Source: Podarcis erhardii (Eukaryota). From it: a DNA stretch of 64,000 nucleotides. Position numbers and translations under genes: made by a program. Shown here piece after piece: positions 12,501 through 24,500 of the stretch (position 1 is the first letter of the stretch; each line of letters begins with the position of its first letter). The stretch lies in assembly GCA_964252035.1 (NCBI GenBank), contig OZ176205.1, one strand, 5' to 3'. The notes beneath the pieces are model-generated. The model had not been told where the DNA came from. It saw only the letters and a list, made by a program, of their open reading frames with translations, and did not search any database.

Positions 12501-15500
12501 GGACAGGACCATGATCTAATGGAGTACCAGCAGAAGGTAGGATGAAGTTTTCCTTTCCTCTGCATCTTCTCTCAAATTGCTCCCGTGAGCCTCCCAACCT
12601 TCTGCAACAGATTTTCAGCAGACATAACTGACTAGTTGGGAAAGAGGAAACAGTGGAAGTTACCTTCCCACCTTGGGGTGGTGGGAGCATCCTGTAAGCA
12701 TACTCTCCCCAGGGTTACGTCCAGCAACAGAAGCCTGGTACAAGATTGTAGTGCAATTCTATTCAAGTCTAGTCTAAAGTAAGTCTCATTGTTTTCTGTG
12801 GGACTTACTCTGGGGTAAATATGTTTCAAATTGAGGCCTCAGTCAGTATGTTAATTAATTAATTAATATATTGACTAATTAATTAATATATTGCTAATAA
12901 CGTAGTCGTAGGGCATCTGCTAGACCTGCATGCATGCAAAAATTGTAACATATACCATGCATCCTTTCCAAACCTTATGTTTTGCTCAGCCTCATAGTTT
13001 AGCTAGCAATAACCATGTATTCTTTACAGCTCACCCCCAATATCTGGAATGAGGACGACAATGATTCTGCACCAGATAATGTGCATCTCACAGACATCTG
13101 AGCACCGATTTCTGACCTTTCAAACACTTTCACTCATTCTGTGACTCTTTTTGCAATGAATTTTAAGGACAAGGAGCAAGAGGTTGAGAGGAGAGGCTTA
13201 TGGATGGGAGAAGAAGGATACCCATAAAGAGAAAATGACATCAATAGGTCCCCTTATTTAAAAGGCCTGAGGATCACAGTTCTGTATCAACATACCTATT
13301 AAGATACACCTTTGGAATATATAGATCTATCTAGTGCATAAGCCTCAAATGTGACCCAAAGCAAGCTGTCTTTGAAACACAACAGTAATGAATCCATAAA
13401 GCAAAATGAAAAACAGAGCTTTTAATCTGTGAGAACAGCTTATGCCATGATTATTCTGCATTCCACTGCTTAGCCATTGGATATACCATTATGAATATTG
13501 AAATTTCTCATTGCTTAGCTGTTATTCAGAAATGCTGTATGGGTAGGACCCCCCCTGCCCCCACCTCAAGATGTTGGACAATTGCTCTTGTGTCAGTATG
13601 ACAATATAGCAACATTTAATTGGCAGCTTTGATGGAATCAGTATGAAATCTTTTTAGAAATAAATTAAAGTGACAGCAAGATTACTCCATGGAAAGAAAC
13701 AGTCTGCCGCTAAGCTGCAGTTAACTTCCCCCTTTTTAATTTCATAAACCTTCATATTTTTTTTTTATTTTTTTTTATCAGTCCGTGTTGAGGCCAGGCT
13801 GAAATTCCCCCCTCTCAAATCACTATCACTGTGCACCATCTCTCCACTCCCACCAAGTTCCCTGCACAGATAAGCATCATCCCCATGAAGCATTCTGACC
13901 CAGTGGGAATGCCTAGGATGGCTGCTGCTTGAAGCAGTGTCAAATATTTCCCCCCATTAAAAAAAACAAAAAAAACAGCAACCATTGACAACTTCATCTT
14001 AGGACGCACTCTTGATTGAAAATCTGCTTTAACTTATTTTAATACAGTAACTGTAAATTGTTATGACCCAACCTGGGAGCTCATGGTGAAGAGTCGGTAA
14101 GAATTCTAATAAAATCTTAATTATATAATCAGCATCATCTTCAAACATAAGGCTACTCCCACCTGAAAGTTCTGAAGTTTTACTCTCCCAAAAGTCATTC
14201 AATCTTTGGGTGGGGCATTTTCTTCTCATCTTCACTAAAATGCTGAAAAAAGTCAGACTTGAGTAAAGTTCCATCAAGTACTTGTTTATTATCCAGCAAG
14301 GATAGTCACAACTATGTTCTATTGAACTGAATGGTCAGATTTAAATTGCTTCTCAACTTGGGAAATATCTTTCTTGTGAAAAGGAAACAAAATCTAAGTT
14401 TTAGAAACTCAAATTCTACACTATGTTTCTAGCTTGTCTTTCTGCATCCTCAAGGAGGAGTTTGAGTCTCAATTAATATCTGACCCAATTAAATGCTGAG
14501 TTATCTCAGATAACTCAGATAACTCAGATAACACACAGCCCATTATACCCTGAAATTCAACAATCTATGTGTTCACATAAGGCACTAGAAACCAAAGAAC
14601 CCACCCTACATATTCTCTGTTTGCAAAGGATGAGAATCTATTTCAAACATTTTATTGAGCCACACCTGAAGTTAAAACTATTACTGCCTGCAGCTAATCA
14701 TGGGAGTGTGAAAGAAAAAACACCCAGCTTGTCTAAACAAAACAACATAATAGAAAACATTAACCTGATCCTCCAAAGATGACAAACTTGTACATTTTAT
14801 AGCTCAACACAGGAAAATCTATGGATATATATATACAGAGTGTGTGGGTTGTTGTTTTTTAAATGATATAAAAGCTGCCCAAATAAAGCCTAACTTTTAC
14901 TGCTGTTCTCACATAAAATTATTTAATACATAATTTCTGCTGAAAAACAAAAGATTATCTGCTATCAGCACTATTTTTCTAGAAAAAGAGGTGCTGGGAC
15001 TCACCATGAAACCTCCCTCATTCTCTTATAATGGCAATGGTGCCAACCTGAGAGGTGCCGGAACTGAGTTCCGGCGAGTTCCAGCTAAAAAAAAAAAGCC
15101 CTGCTTGCTATTACATTTTGGAAATACTTCTTAAAAACCCATCACAATTTGCTTTGTCCCCAAATGGCTGACTTGCTTCAATAAGCTAATTTGAGGTACT
15201 TTTTGTGGGGTTTGCCTTTTGTTTTGTTTTGTTTTGTTACTGGTCTTGATTCTATGCCTTAACATCAGGGTGGCATGCAAAAATCTGTGAAACAACACTT
15301 TTTGTGACTTGGACATAAAGTGACACTATAAACTTTCAACTTCTTAATTTTTGTATCCCAGGCCACTGTTAAATGCTCGCTCTCTGTTCCTGTGCCTTTA
15401 ACAATAAAGCTACTCAATTTAAGTTCACAGGAAAGGAAGATGGGCTGATGGCTGATCACACAATCTGAAAGCTTAGCTGACAGTCCACCTATTTCCAGAT

Positions 15501-18500
15501 AAATAAACATTAAAACATTAAAACGTTTTTCCTCTCCATGAACCTGAATAGTTCTCCATGTCTTTATCAGTGTTACTCTTATTTCTACAGGTGGTTTTTT
15601 TAAGTAAAAGAAACACACACTGTGTTTTTCAGGAAGAAGATTGAAAAACCAGCTGATGGGAAGTCAAAGTGAATAGACATTTTCAAGTGGGATTTGCAAA
15701 TAAAGGAAGTTTTTTCAAGCAATTGTAGAACAATATATATCTACCATGAATCTTATCCTAAAGCAACGAGGGTTAAATGTTGCATAACAAGAAAAATAAA
15801 CATTATGTTAGGCCTACTGTTACTTAACTTAAAAATGTGGACAAGTCAGACCAGCTGTGTAACAGTCAATGCTTTTACAGTAATAAATTTTGACAGCAGA
15901 AATAAAAAGAATGCATTATCGAGGTATCATCAAATGGGTTCTGTCAGTACATAGGAACTCCACCCTGTATAAGCTTGTCAAAAAGTGTTACTGTAATCCA
16001 TTGAGAAGTCTCCTCCTCAGGCAAGAGAGGAAAAAATGCATAAGGAGGAGGCTCAAAACAGGTGTGTTGAATTGTAATACCATTATTTAATCACAAATCT
16101 CTTCTCATTAGTTTCATATGTGACAAATTCAGGCTCTATTCTTGCCTATCATGCAATGCTAGAATCATCACTCAACAGTCAAGTTAAAAGCCAAATGTAA
16201 ACAATGAAACTGTGGACATGTCTTTTTAACACTGTACACTCCTCAAACACAAAAGGCTTAATAAATTACTGCCATTTCTCTTGGAGCTCCCAGCTAGGTC
16301 TCCAGTAACAATATGAGACTGAAGGAAATTATATTTCTCAATTAAAAGTGGACTTCCTCTGGATAGAAACAGCCACTTTCTCTGGCTCACTTTTTTCCAA
16401 AGCTGCTACTGCTCAGGATAACATTGCCAATTCATTATGGTAATATACTACAATTTAGTCCACAGGCATTTAGGGTGTAATCCTAAAGCCAGTAGGAGAC
16501 CTCTGGATTCAGAGTCCCATTCCATCAGAGAAGGAAAGCCCACTGGTATGATGGCACTCATGCTGCTAGAAGATCCCTGGTACACCCACAGAAAGGTCTG
16601 TCAGTGCAGATGTCCCACTGGTTGTGTTTTGCTGGTGGAGGTAGTGAAACGAGGGCAGCTAAGGATCTGCAAGACCTCAAGATCTCTTGAATTCCCAACG
16701 TGCCCATAAGAAGCCCTCAACTACACCGTTCCGAGAGCCGGCATGGCTAATTGCTTCTCACTGAACACAATGACAAGGGAGTAAATGAAGGAAAGCAGCC
16801 CACCAAAAAAGGTAGAATCCCCACCCCTACTTCCCACTCAGGCTGGAGTGAGCTGACAGGGCATTGGAAATGGTGCTAGCTCTGTTACCCTAACTCAGAA
16901 ATTATGGGAAGCCACTCTTGTGGGATTGAAAAATACCCACCACTCCCTAAAGTACTTAAGTTACCTGAATTTTAGGCCTCTATCTACATGTTTGCTAAAA
17001 CTGTGCAATGTCTCTATTTTGTCTTACTTTTCTTCTTCTTCAGTTAGCCTCAGTGATACTAGAAGAGTTCTATCCTCTGAGTTCTATCCTCTATCTACAA
17101 TTAACTGAAAAACCCAGCTCCACATTATGACACCTAGCAAAGGATACTGTGTTAAATGCTATGCAAAAGTGTGTCACATTGTTATACATGATTTGAAGAC
17201 TTCTAAGCATATAAATATATGAAAAGGGTAACATTCCAAATTTTCATACTGATTCATTGTCGATTCCCCCCACCCTAGCTGGAATATATATTCTTTGAAC
17301 TTACAGAACCATTCTTTTGTGCCTCCATGTACAAAAAATATATACATGTTGACTTAGAAAAAAATAACAGCCAAAAACCTTGGAAGAACTTTCTGTTTAT
17401 CTTTTTGTGGTTTATGATGGCTTACAGTTGTTACTAGGAAAACAGTAACAGAAACCGGAATCTGTATCCTGCTTCCTATTGTCACATTTTGAAAGAATGT
17501 TCATGTAAATGCATTAAGATCTTCACTAGAAAAAGGAGTTGCTGTTTAAACAGAAGTTGTCAGGAACAAGGCTTATAAAAAAGAGTTACATGTTAGCTAG
17601 CAAACCACGAAAAAACAATATTTTTTTTCACATGCCAACGCCTCTTGCTAAGTACATAATATATGGATTACTTCACTACTTGTTTAGCACATTATTTTAT
17701 CTAGTGAATTGCATTTCTCTTAAAGACACTGAGGAATAAAGCTGGTTTTATTCCTCAAATGTTCTTACAGGTTTGAAATGAATTGCAGACACTATGTTTA
17801 TGTTAAGTTGTTAACTATTTTGCCTTTCCAAAGAAAACCCTTCCACTTCTGTTTTTTTGTACTTCCAGGATATGTGAAAAGGGAGAAAGGTGTATGCATG
17901 CTCTCCCCTGGAAAAAAAAACCACAAAAGAGATGCAGAAACACAATACTGGAAGCATGAATTACTGGCACAATTATTTTTTGCTACTTCTCTGAAAGTGA
18001 GAAGCCATCTTATGCTTCCTGGTGTTTGAAACCAACATGTGAGTCAATAATCCAACACAGCCTATATCGGCCATGTTTGGTGGTTGACCAAAGACTCAAT
18101 AAACTGCCTGTTTATATTGCCTGCCTGGGACTGTAAGACCATTGTGCCGGTGCTGCTGCTGACAAGCAGCTGGAAACCACAGCTGAAGACTGCATTTGGC
18201 TTGACATGTGCACAACGCTATCTTGGTGGCTGAAAGGAAAGGGAACAAGGCTATAACGATATCTCAGCCAATCCAATTTGAGCTTCCCAATCAGCAGCAC
18301 ACGGCACACTGTAGTCTCCCCGCCCCTGCCCCAATCAGTAAATAACTAGCATTCCTATTGTACAGACAGTGGCAGTGCTAGTGCTACTCTACCTGTTCTC
18401 ACTAACTGCAGGTCAGGGAAGGAGACTGATTACTCTCAGAAATACTCCAGAGAGAGGCTATAGCACCAGAGTCCCACTGCCTACAACATGGGTTTGCGAG

Positions 18501-21500
18501 CACCATGCTTAACATAGAAAATAGACCTAATTGAGAGAAAATCAGAGCCTGTTAGAAAATAAAACCAGTTTTTGAAATGGTACCCCTAGGCATCCCTAAC
18601 AACCAGAAGGTAACAAAGAATGGGGCAATGGAGTAGGCCATACATATCTTCACAAGCCATCCATTAGGCAGGTACAATTAGTTCCCAGCAACTTAAAAAC
18701 ATGGCAACTATGATTTTAAAATCTGCACAACAATATAGGGTGGAATCTAGATGTTGCCCTTGTGATCACAGAAAAGCTTTTGATTCACAGGGCACCTCTA
18801 CTAAGTGATGATGAGAGAGACAATTATTGCAAATTCTGCCTTCCTCCGAAAACTCCCTGGGCTACCTTTCACTTTGGGCTGGAAGGTCTCTAAACTTTGA
18901 AGCCAATTTACAGGGGGCACTGCAGGGCTGCAGCTCCTCCTCCTTTCTTCCATTAATGGAGGCATCTTTTTGCTCAGAAGCCCTTCTGGGAGTGCAAGGG
19001 TACCTCGGCCCTCTTTTGCATACTAAACAGCCCAATCATTTGAGACCTGAATCGTTTCCATGAAAGTTTTTTTTAAAAAAGAATATATCATCTCATGGTT
19101 ACCTTCTGCTATAATGCAATGAAAATTCAACAATATTATGCAATAAATTTCATAAATTTATGCAATCCTCATAACTAAAAATTCTATCAAGAATAGAAAG
19201 GAATTAGAGTAGAGAGAGGAAATGGATATGGTAGATAGAAATGCAGATGACATACATTCATATTATTACATAAAATAATCAGTAAATCTTGTACTAATGA
19301 GAAACAAGACTTAAATGGCTGAAAAATGTATTTAGTGCATTATTGTCAATCAATGTCTCTACAACCAGGATAACAATAATCTTGAATGGCAACACACCTA
19401 TTATTACAAATTCCTAACTAAGTACTTCATTACTCGCAAATGTCACTCCCAATTTACAGAGTAACAGATAAATGTCTCATTACTGTATACCTGTCTTGTG
19501 TCTACTTTTTTTTTTTTTTTTGTAAAACTGAAACACTGTGACAGTTCTGGAAAACTTTATACTTGCTCATTTAGTTTGAATGAAAGAGACCTGTACGGTA
19601 ATGTATATTTTTATTATTATATACTGAAAGTTACCTTTGCTAGAGTACTAAGTATGATTGTTTTCCTATTTTTTTAATCATGGGGGTAAGGAATGAAAGA
19701 AGTGGTAAGTTTTTAGTAGAGTGAAGCCAAATTCCTAGTAAGAAAGAAATGATGAGAATAATCTCCCCATATAATAAGCTGCTTTGAACATGTGAAAGGT
19801 TGATTAAAAACATGAGATGGACTTCTGCTACATCCAAAATATTTTGTTCTATAACATTTCCATTTTCCATTATTTCATTTTTCATTATTTCCATTATTTC
19901 CATTACATTACTGTGATGTTGTATGTTTCAGGCTACCAACTTTATTATTTACAATTTCCATCATATTTTTTAGCTAACCAGTGACACACTTTCTTTTTAA
20001 ATCAACATTACGAAAACCAGTATGAACAGTAAATAACAGTTTTTAAATTTGCCGTTCAATACTTGTGGCTTTCCAGGTGCAATAATTTCGCCCCCACATT
20101 CAGATGATTTCCTCAAGAGATAATTTCCCCCAGTACTCAAAGACAATATTTAGCCATTAAATTGCTTTTGCAAATGCTATGAAATTTCTAGGAGTCACAG
20201 GTGCCTATTGGACTATGATACTAGGATCCTTCCCTCTCTCCAATCCATTACATTTTTATTTTGTGTTATATCAGCACCTCTTACCAGTTTATTGTTGTAG
20301 CATTTCAGTATCAAATGTTCATCTTTCCCTGTTCATCTTTCCCATTTAAAATAAAGCAAACACCTGTCAAAGCTCCCTTCCCTCTGTAACATGTCGTGCC
20401 ATATAATGAACCTTAGCTTTTATTTTATTTATTTAAAAGTTATATATTCATTTTTAGCACTGAGGCTCACTTCTGCTCTGACTTCTTTTAGAACGCTACA
20501 GGTGATGGCTGCCCGACCCTGTCCATTACATGCAGGGGTGGAGAACCTTTGGCCCTTCAAATGTTGTTGAACTGCAACTTCCATCAGCTCTATCAAGCAT
20601 GGATGATGGGGGCTTTAGTGCAGCAACATCTGGAGGGCCAAAGCTTTCCCACACCTGTGTTAGTGCATCCTGGTATTAGCGTGCCTTGATGAAAAAGACA
20701 GTAGCCGTGTCCAGTTGTACAAGATTAGGTGGAACTTCTCTTACTTGTGCAGTAAGAACCTGCAAAAACTTCCTCTTTGCCCAACTATTAAAGCCACAGG
20801 AACCTTGTTTTCCTTAGCATCCGGTCGTACAATGTGCAATTGGTGCTGAATTGGGGGCTGAACAGATCTAGTGCTATGAATAGAATCCAATATTTTTTAA
20901 TTGTCTGGAAAGGCCTTTACTTGAAATTCACCAGATGTCTGGAGTGATGTCCAGCTCTCACCTCATCTTTTATGTCTTCCTGCTGCTGAGCACCGAAGAT
21001 CTCCATTGCAGCCATCAGCCTCATCATTAGCTCATCCACTGTTGTGTTACCTAGCAACAAAGAAAGATAGCTGAACTTCATATTATTAAAGTTATTAAAA
21101 AACCAGAAAGTCATTCTAGAATTAATCCAAAAGGAATACCTAGCAGGGGTTTTTATAAGTCATAATAAGAATATGAGATGAGATTCTTAGAATATTTTCT
21201 GTTTATCGGTGGGCTGCCCCCCACAAGTTTCTAATTTTTCCAATAAAATGTATGCACAAGCATAGACGAAAGTATTTATTCTGAACTGATTGATGATGCT
21301 TTCTGTTATATTTTCCTATAGGTGAAAATAGGATCACTAAACAGGAAGAGAGAGGGGTTTTTTTTAATTTCTTTCAGGTAGCTGAAAGAAGCATCTTAAA
21401 AAAAATATTGTCAAACTGATATGTAAAATTTGGGCTAGCTTCAAAGAAGAATCTGAGGGCATTAGCTCAAAACACTTTCCACAGAGTAGTTACAATTGTA

Positions 21501-24500
21501 TCCAAATTCTTCTAGGCTTTTATATTGCATCTCAAATAGCAGTATATACGGTATATCCTGTTGTCCCTTGAAATCCTACCCTTCCTTTCGCATTAGTCCA
21601 AATATTGTTAAAATCCATTCTATGGACCTGTCAGGTTTTCATTCCTGGGTGGCAATAGCAATTCTCTATTCTCCAATGCAAGGTGGGCTGACATGCGAGA
21701 AGATGGTAGCTTCACTTCTTTCCATTATTTTCCAAGTGAGATTTTGCTTGCTCTCCACAGCAATACTGGCTGCATTTGGCATTGTGAAATTTTGAATTTC
21801 AAATGTCGACCTTTCAGAAATCAGGATGTCTTTGACAACATACACACTAAATTTAAACTTGGAAAAGCAATGCCAAGAGTAGAGAAAGGAACTTTTTATG
21901 ATAAAACATCAAACTGCCACAGCTTTGGTTAGATTTGGACCCTTGTTTTGCTTTCAAGGCAGACTCCTTCAGTTATGGAAATCTCAGCTTGAAATCAACA
22001 ATATTTCAATGTTTTAAGAGTTCCAAATTAAGAATGTTGCAAGATACCTGAATTCAATGACTCAAAACATAAAGGACTCTGGCCCGGTTATAACATCTCT
22101 TCATCCCATTTAATTTTCACAATAATGCTATAGGGCAGGCTAAAATGGGACATGATAGCTTGCCCAAAGTCTTTAAGACTGAGACCCTATATGTAGACTT
22201 ACCTGGACAGAAATCCCATTGAAGACAAGGGAGCTTATATCTGAGTGGATATGCACAAGAATGCTCTAATCCTAAGAACACTTACTGGAGAGTACTTTTG
22301 TAGTAAAATCCTATGCATGTTTACTCAAATCAGCCTCAATGCTGGAAATCTGAAAGGGGATCTATTCTAACAATGAACCTGAATTCCTGTTTCTAAAGCT
22401 CTAGCTACAGAAAACTTATCATTCACAGTCTGTCAGTTGTTTTCATTTTTTTGTATACTTGCTGGTAAGCATGAAAAATAAAAGCCATTTGTCACTATTT
22501 ACACTATACTCCTCTTCATTATTAGAGATGCAAAGAGTAAGAAAATCAGTTTTGGCCGTAGTAAATGCAAATGAGTATAGTATAAATGCACTGCACTTTA
22601 CATTTCCCTAAAAGGTACTTTCTGAACTAAAGAAGATAAACTATATTCTAGAGAGGACCGCCAGCAAATTAACTTGGAAGTTTCAAGAAGGAACATATGC
22701 CCAATAGAACAAAAAAATGGTACCTTGTATTACATTCAGCACCTCATTCGATGATCGTTTCCCCATAATAATCAGGAAAAGTGGAAACTGATCTGTTTTC
22801 TGAGTTCGAATAGTTTGAGCTACAACGCTACCAAAGTGTCTCGTGCACATCGTTAGAAACCTGGAAAACAGAAACATTTAAAGGGGGATGGAAATTTTGT
22901 AAAGCAATGTCCACTTTATTAAGGAAAAGAAAGGTTATTAGATTTGGACTAAATTAGCGAGTTTCAAAAGTCCTGCGTGTTCACTTTGTAACCATATCAT
23001 TGTCAATATTCCCATTTATCCTGTCAATATTCCCATTTATCAATATTTATCAAAGCCAACATTCCCATTTATCATATTCAGAGCTATCAAATTCCATCCT
23101 GCAGCAAGTTGGTTCTCATACTGAAGAAAATGAACACCACATTTTAAAATAATGAATGCACCAATACAAACTATTTTTTCCCCGAACAGAAGAGAATGGA
23201 ATTAGTCACAATCCAAAGAAAGACTAAGGCCAGCCCAAGACATTTCGAGGTTTAAATAGCATGTTCTACTCTGCAATGTGATGTAGAACCAGATGCTCTG
23301 TAGTACAACAAACTCAAAGGTTGTAGTATATTTTAACAGGCCTCCTGATGATGAAATCTATAGTTTATTTTTCTGTTATCACAAATATATAAAACAATTG
23401 GGGCCTCTCAAATATGCAAAGAGGAATGAGAAATTTGGTTATCCTGTTACAGTAATCCCAAGGCCAGATAAAGCAAACTTTTTAGCAGGGGCAGTGTGCC
23501 TTGGCATTCACAACTAAAGTGGTTAACAGGTTAATAAATATGGGGTCTATCTGCTCCAAAGGCATTGCTAAAATAAAGAACAAATAAGAGAAAAACGAGG
23601 GAGGTGAGAGAGTGCTAAATGATATGAATAAATTCTACTCCAATAATATATCTCCATATGCTTTAACATCTGGGGAAGCAAGTCTACAATACATTCTCCT
23701 TTCATTCACTGCCAAGGCAAGCATGGACTTCTGTCACACATTCATGTCTGGTAGAATTCTCAACTTTCAGACCATTAACACTAATCATATGGCTGTTAAC
23801 AGCACTTAGAACATTTAGAGCAAGCACTTAGAATGCATACACATCACACCATTTTACTATTACCTACAATATTTGTCTTGAAAGGCTTCTGGAAGTGCTG
23901 CAATGGAAGGAGGAAGAAAAGTGATGATGTGTGGGGTCTAGGGAGGTTTCCCTTCCATTTTTGGGTCCCGCGCTCTGGTGTGAGACAACTGCCTTATGCC
24001 ACAGGGTGGGACAAAAAAAACTGTCTTTTGGTAGCCTGGAAGCCAAAGCGGGACATCTGGGATTGGGATCAGAAGCCTTTCATGGAGTTTAACAAAATAA
24101 TCAAACAAAAATTCAAATATCCCCCAGTACATATTAAGACACTAAAAACACTGCATCAAATTGCAATCACAAACTTTATCAATACAGTAGCAACAACATA
24201 TCTGCTGGATTCCAGGTAATATTTAACCTCAAAGACTCAGAGGAAAAAATGCATGTTCAGTTGGCTTTGGAAAACTGACAATAAGAGGGACAAGTTAATC
24301 CCTACAGGGAGAGAGTTCCACACCTGGGGTGTGACGACAGAGAAGGCACCATATGAGGGTAACCTCTGCTTCACTGCATCTCCTGAAGTATTTTTGAACA
24401 AATCTTTCAAGAGTCCAACAGAATTTGAACACTGACTTTCATTGAAATTTCTAAAAATGAATGAAATTGACTGAAGAACCACTTCCTGGGATTTCAGAAG

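Noticed and set aside
19640-19903. ORF beginning MEIMEIMKNEIMEN
   Set aside because: Translation of a low-complexity (TTTCCATTA)-like slippage tract.
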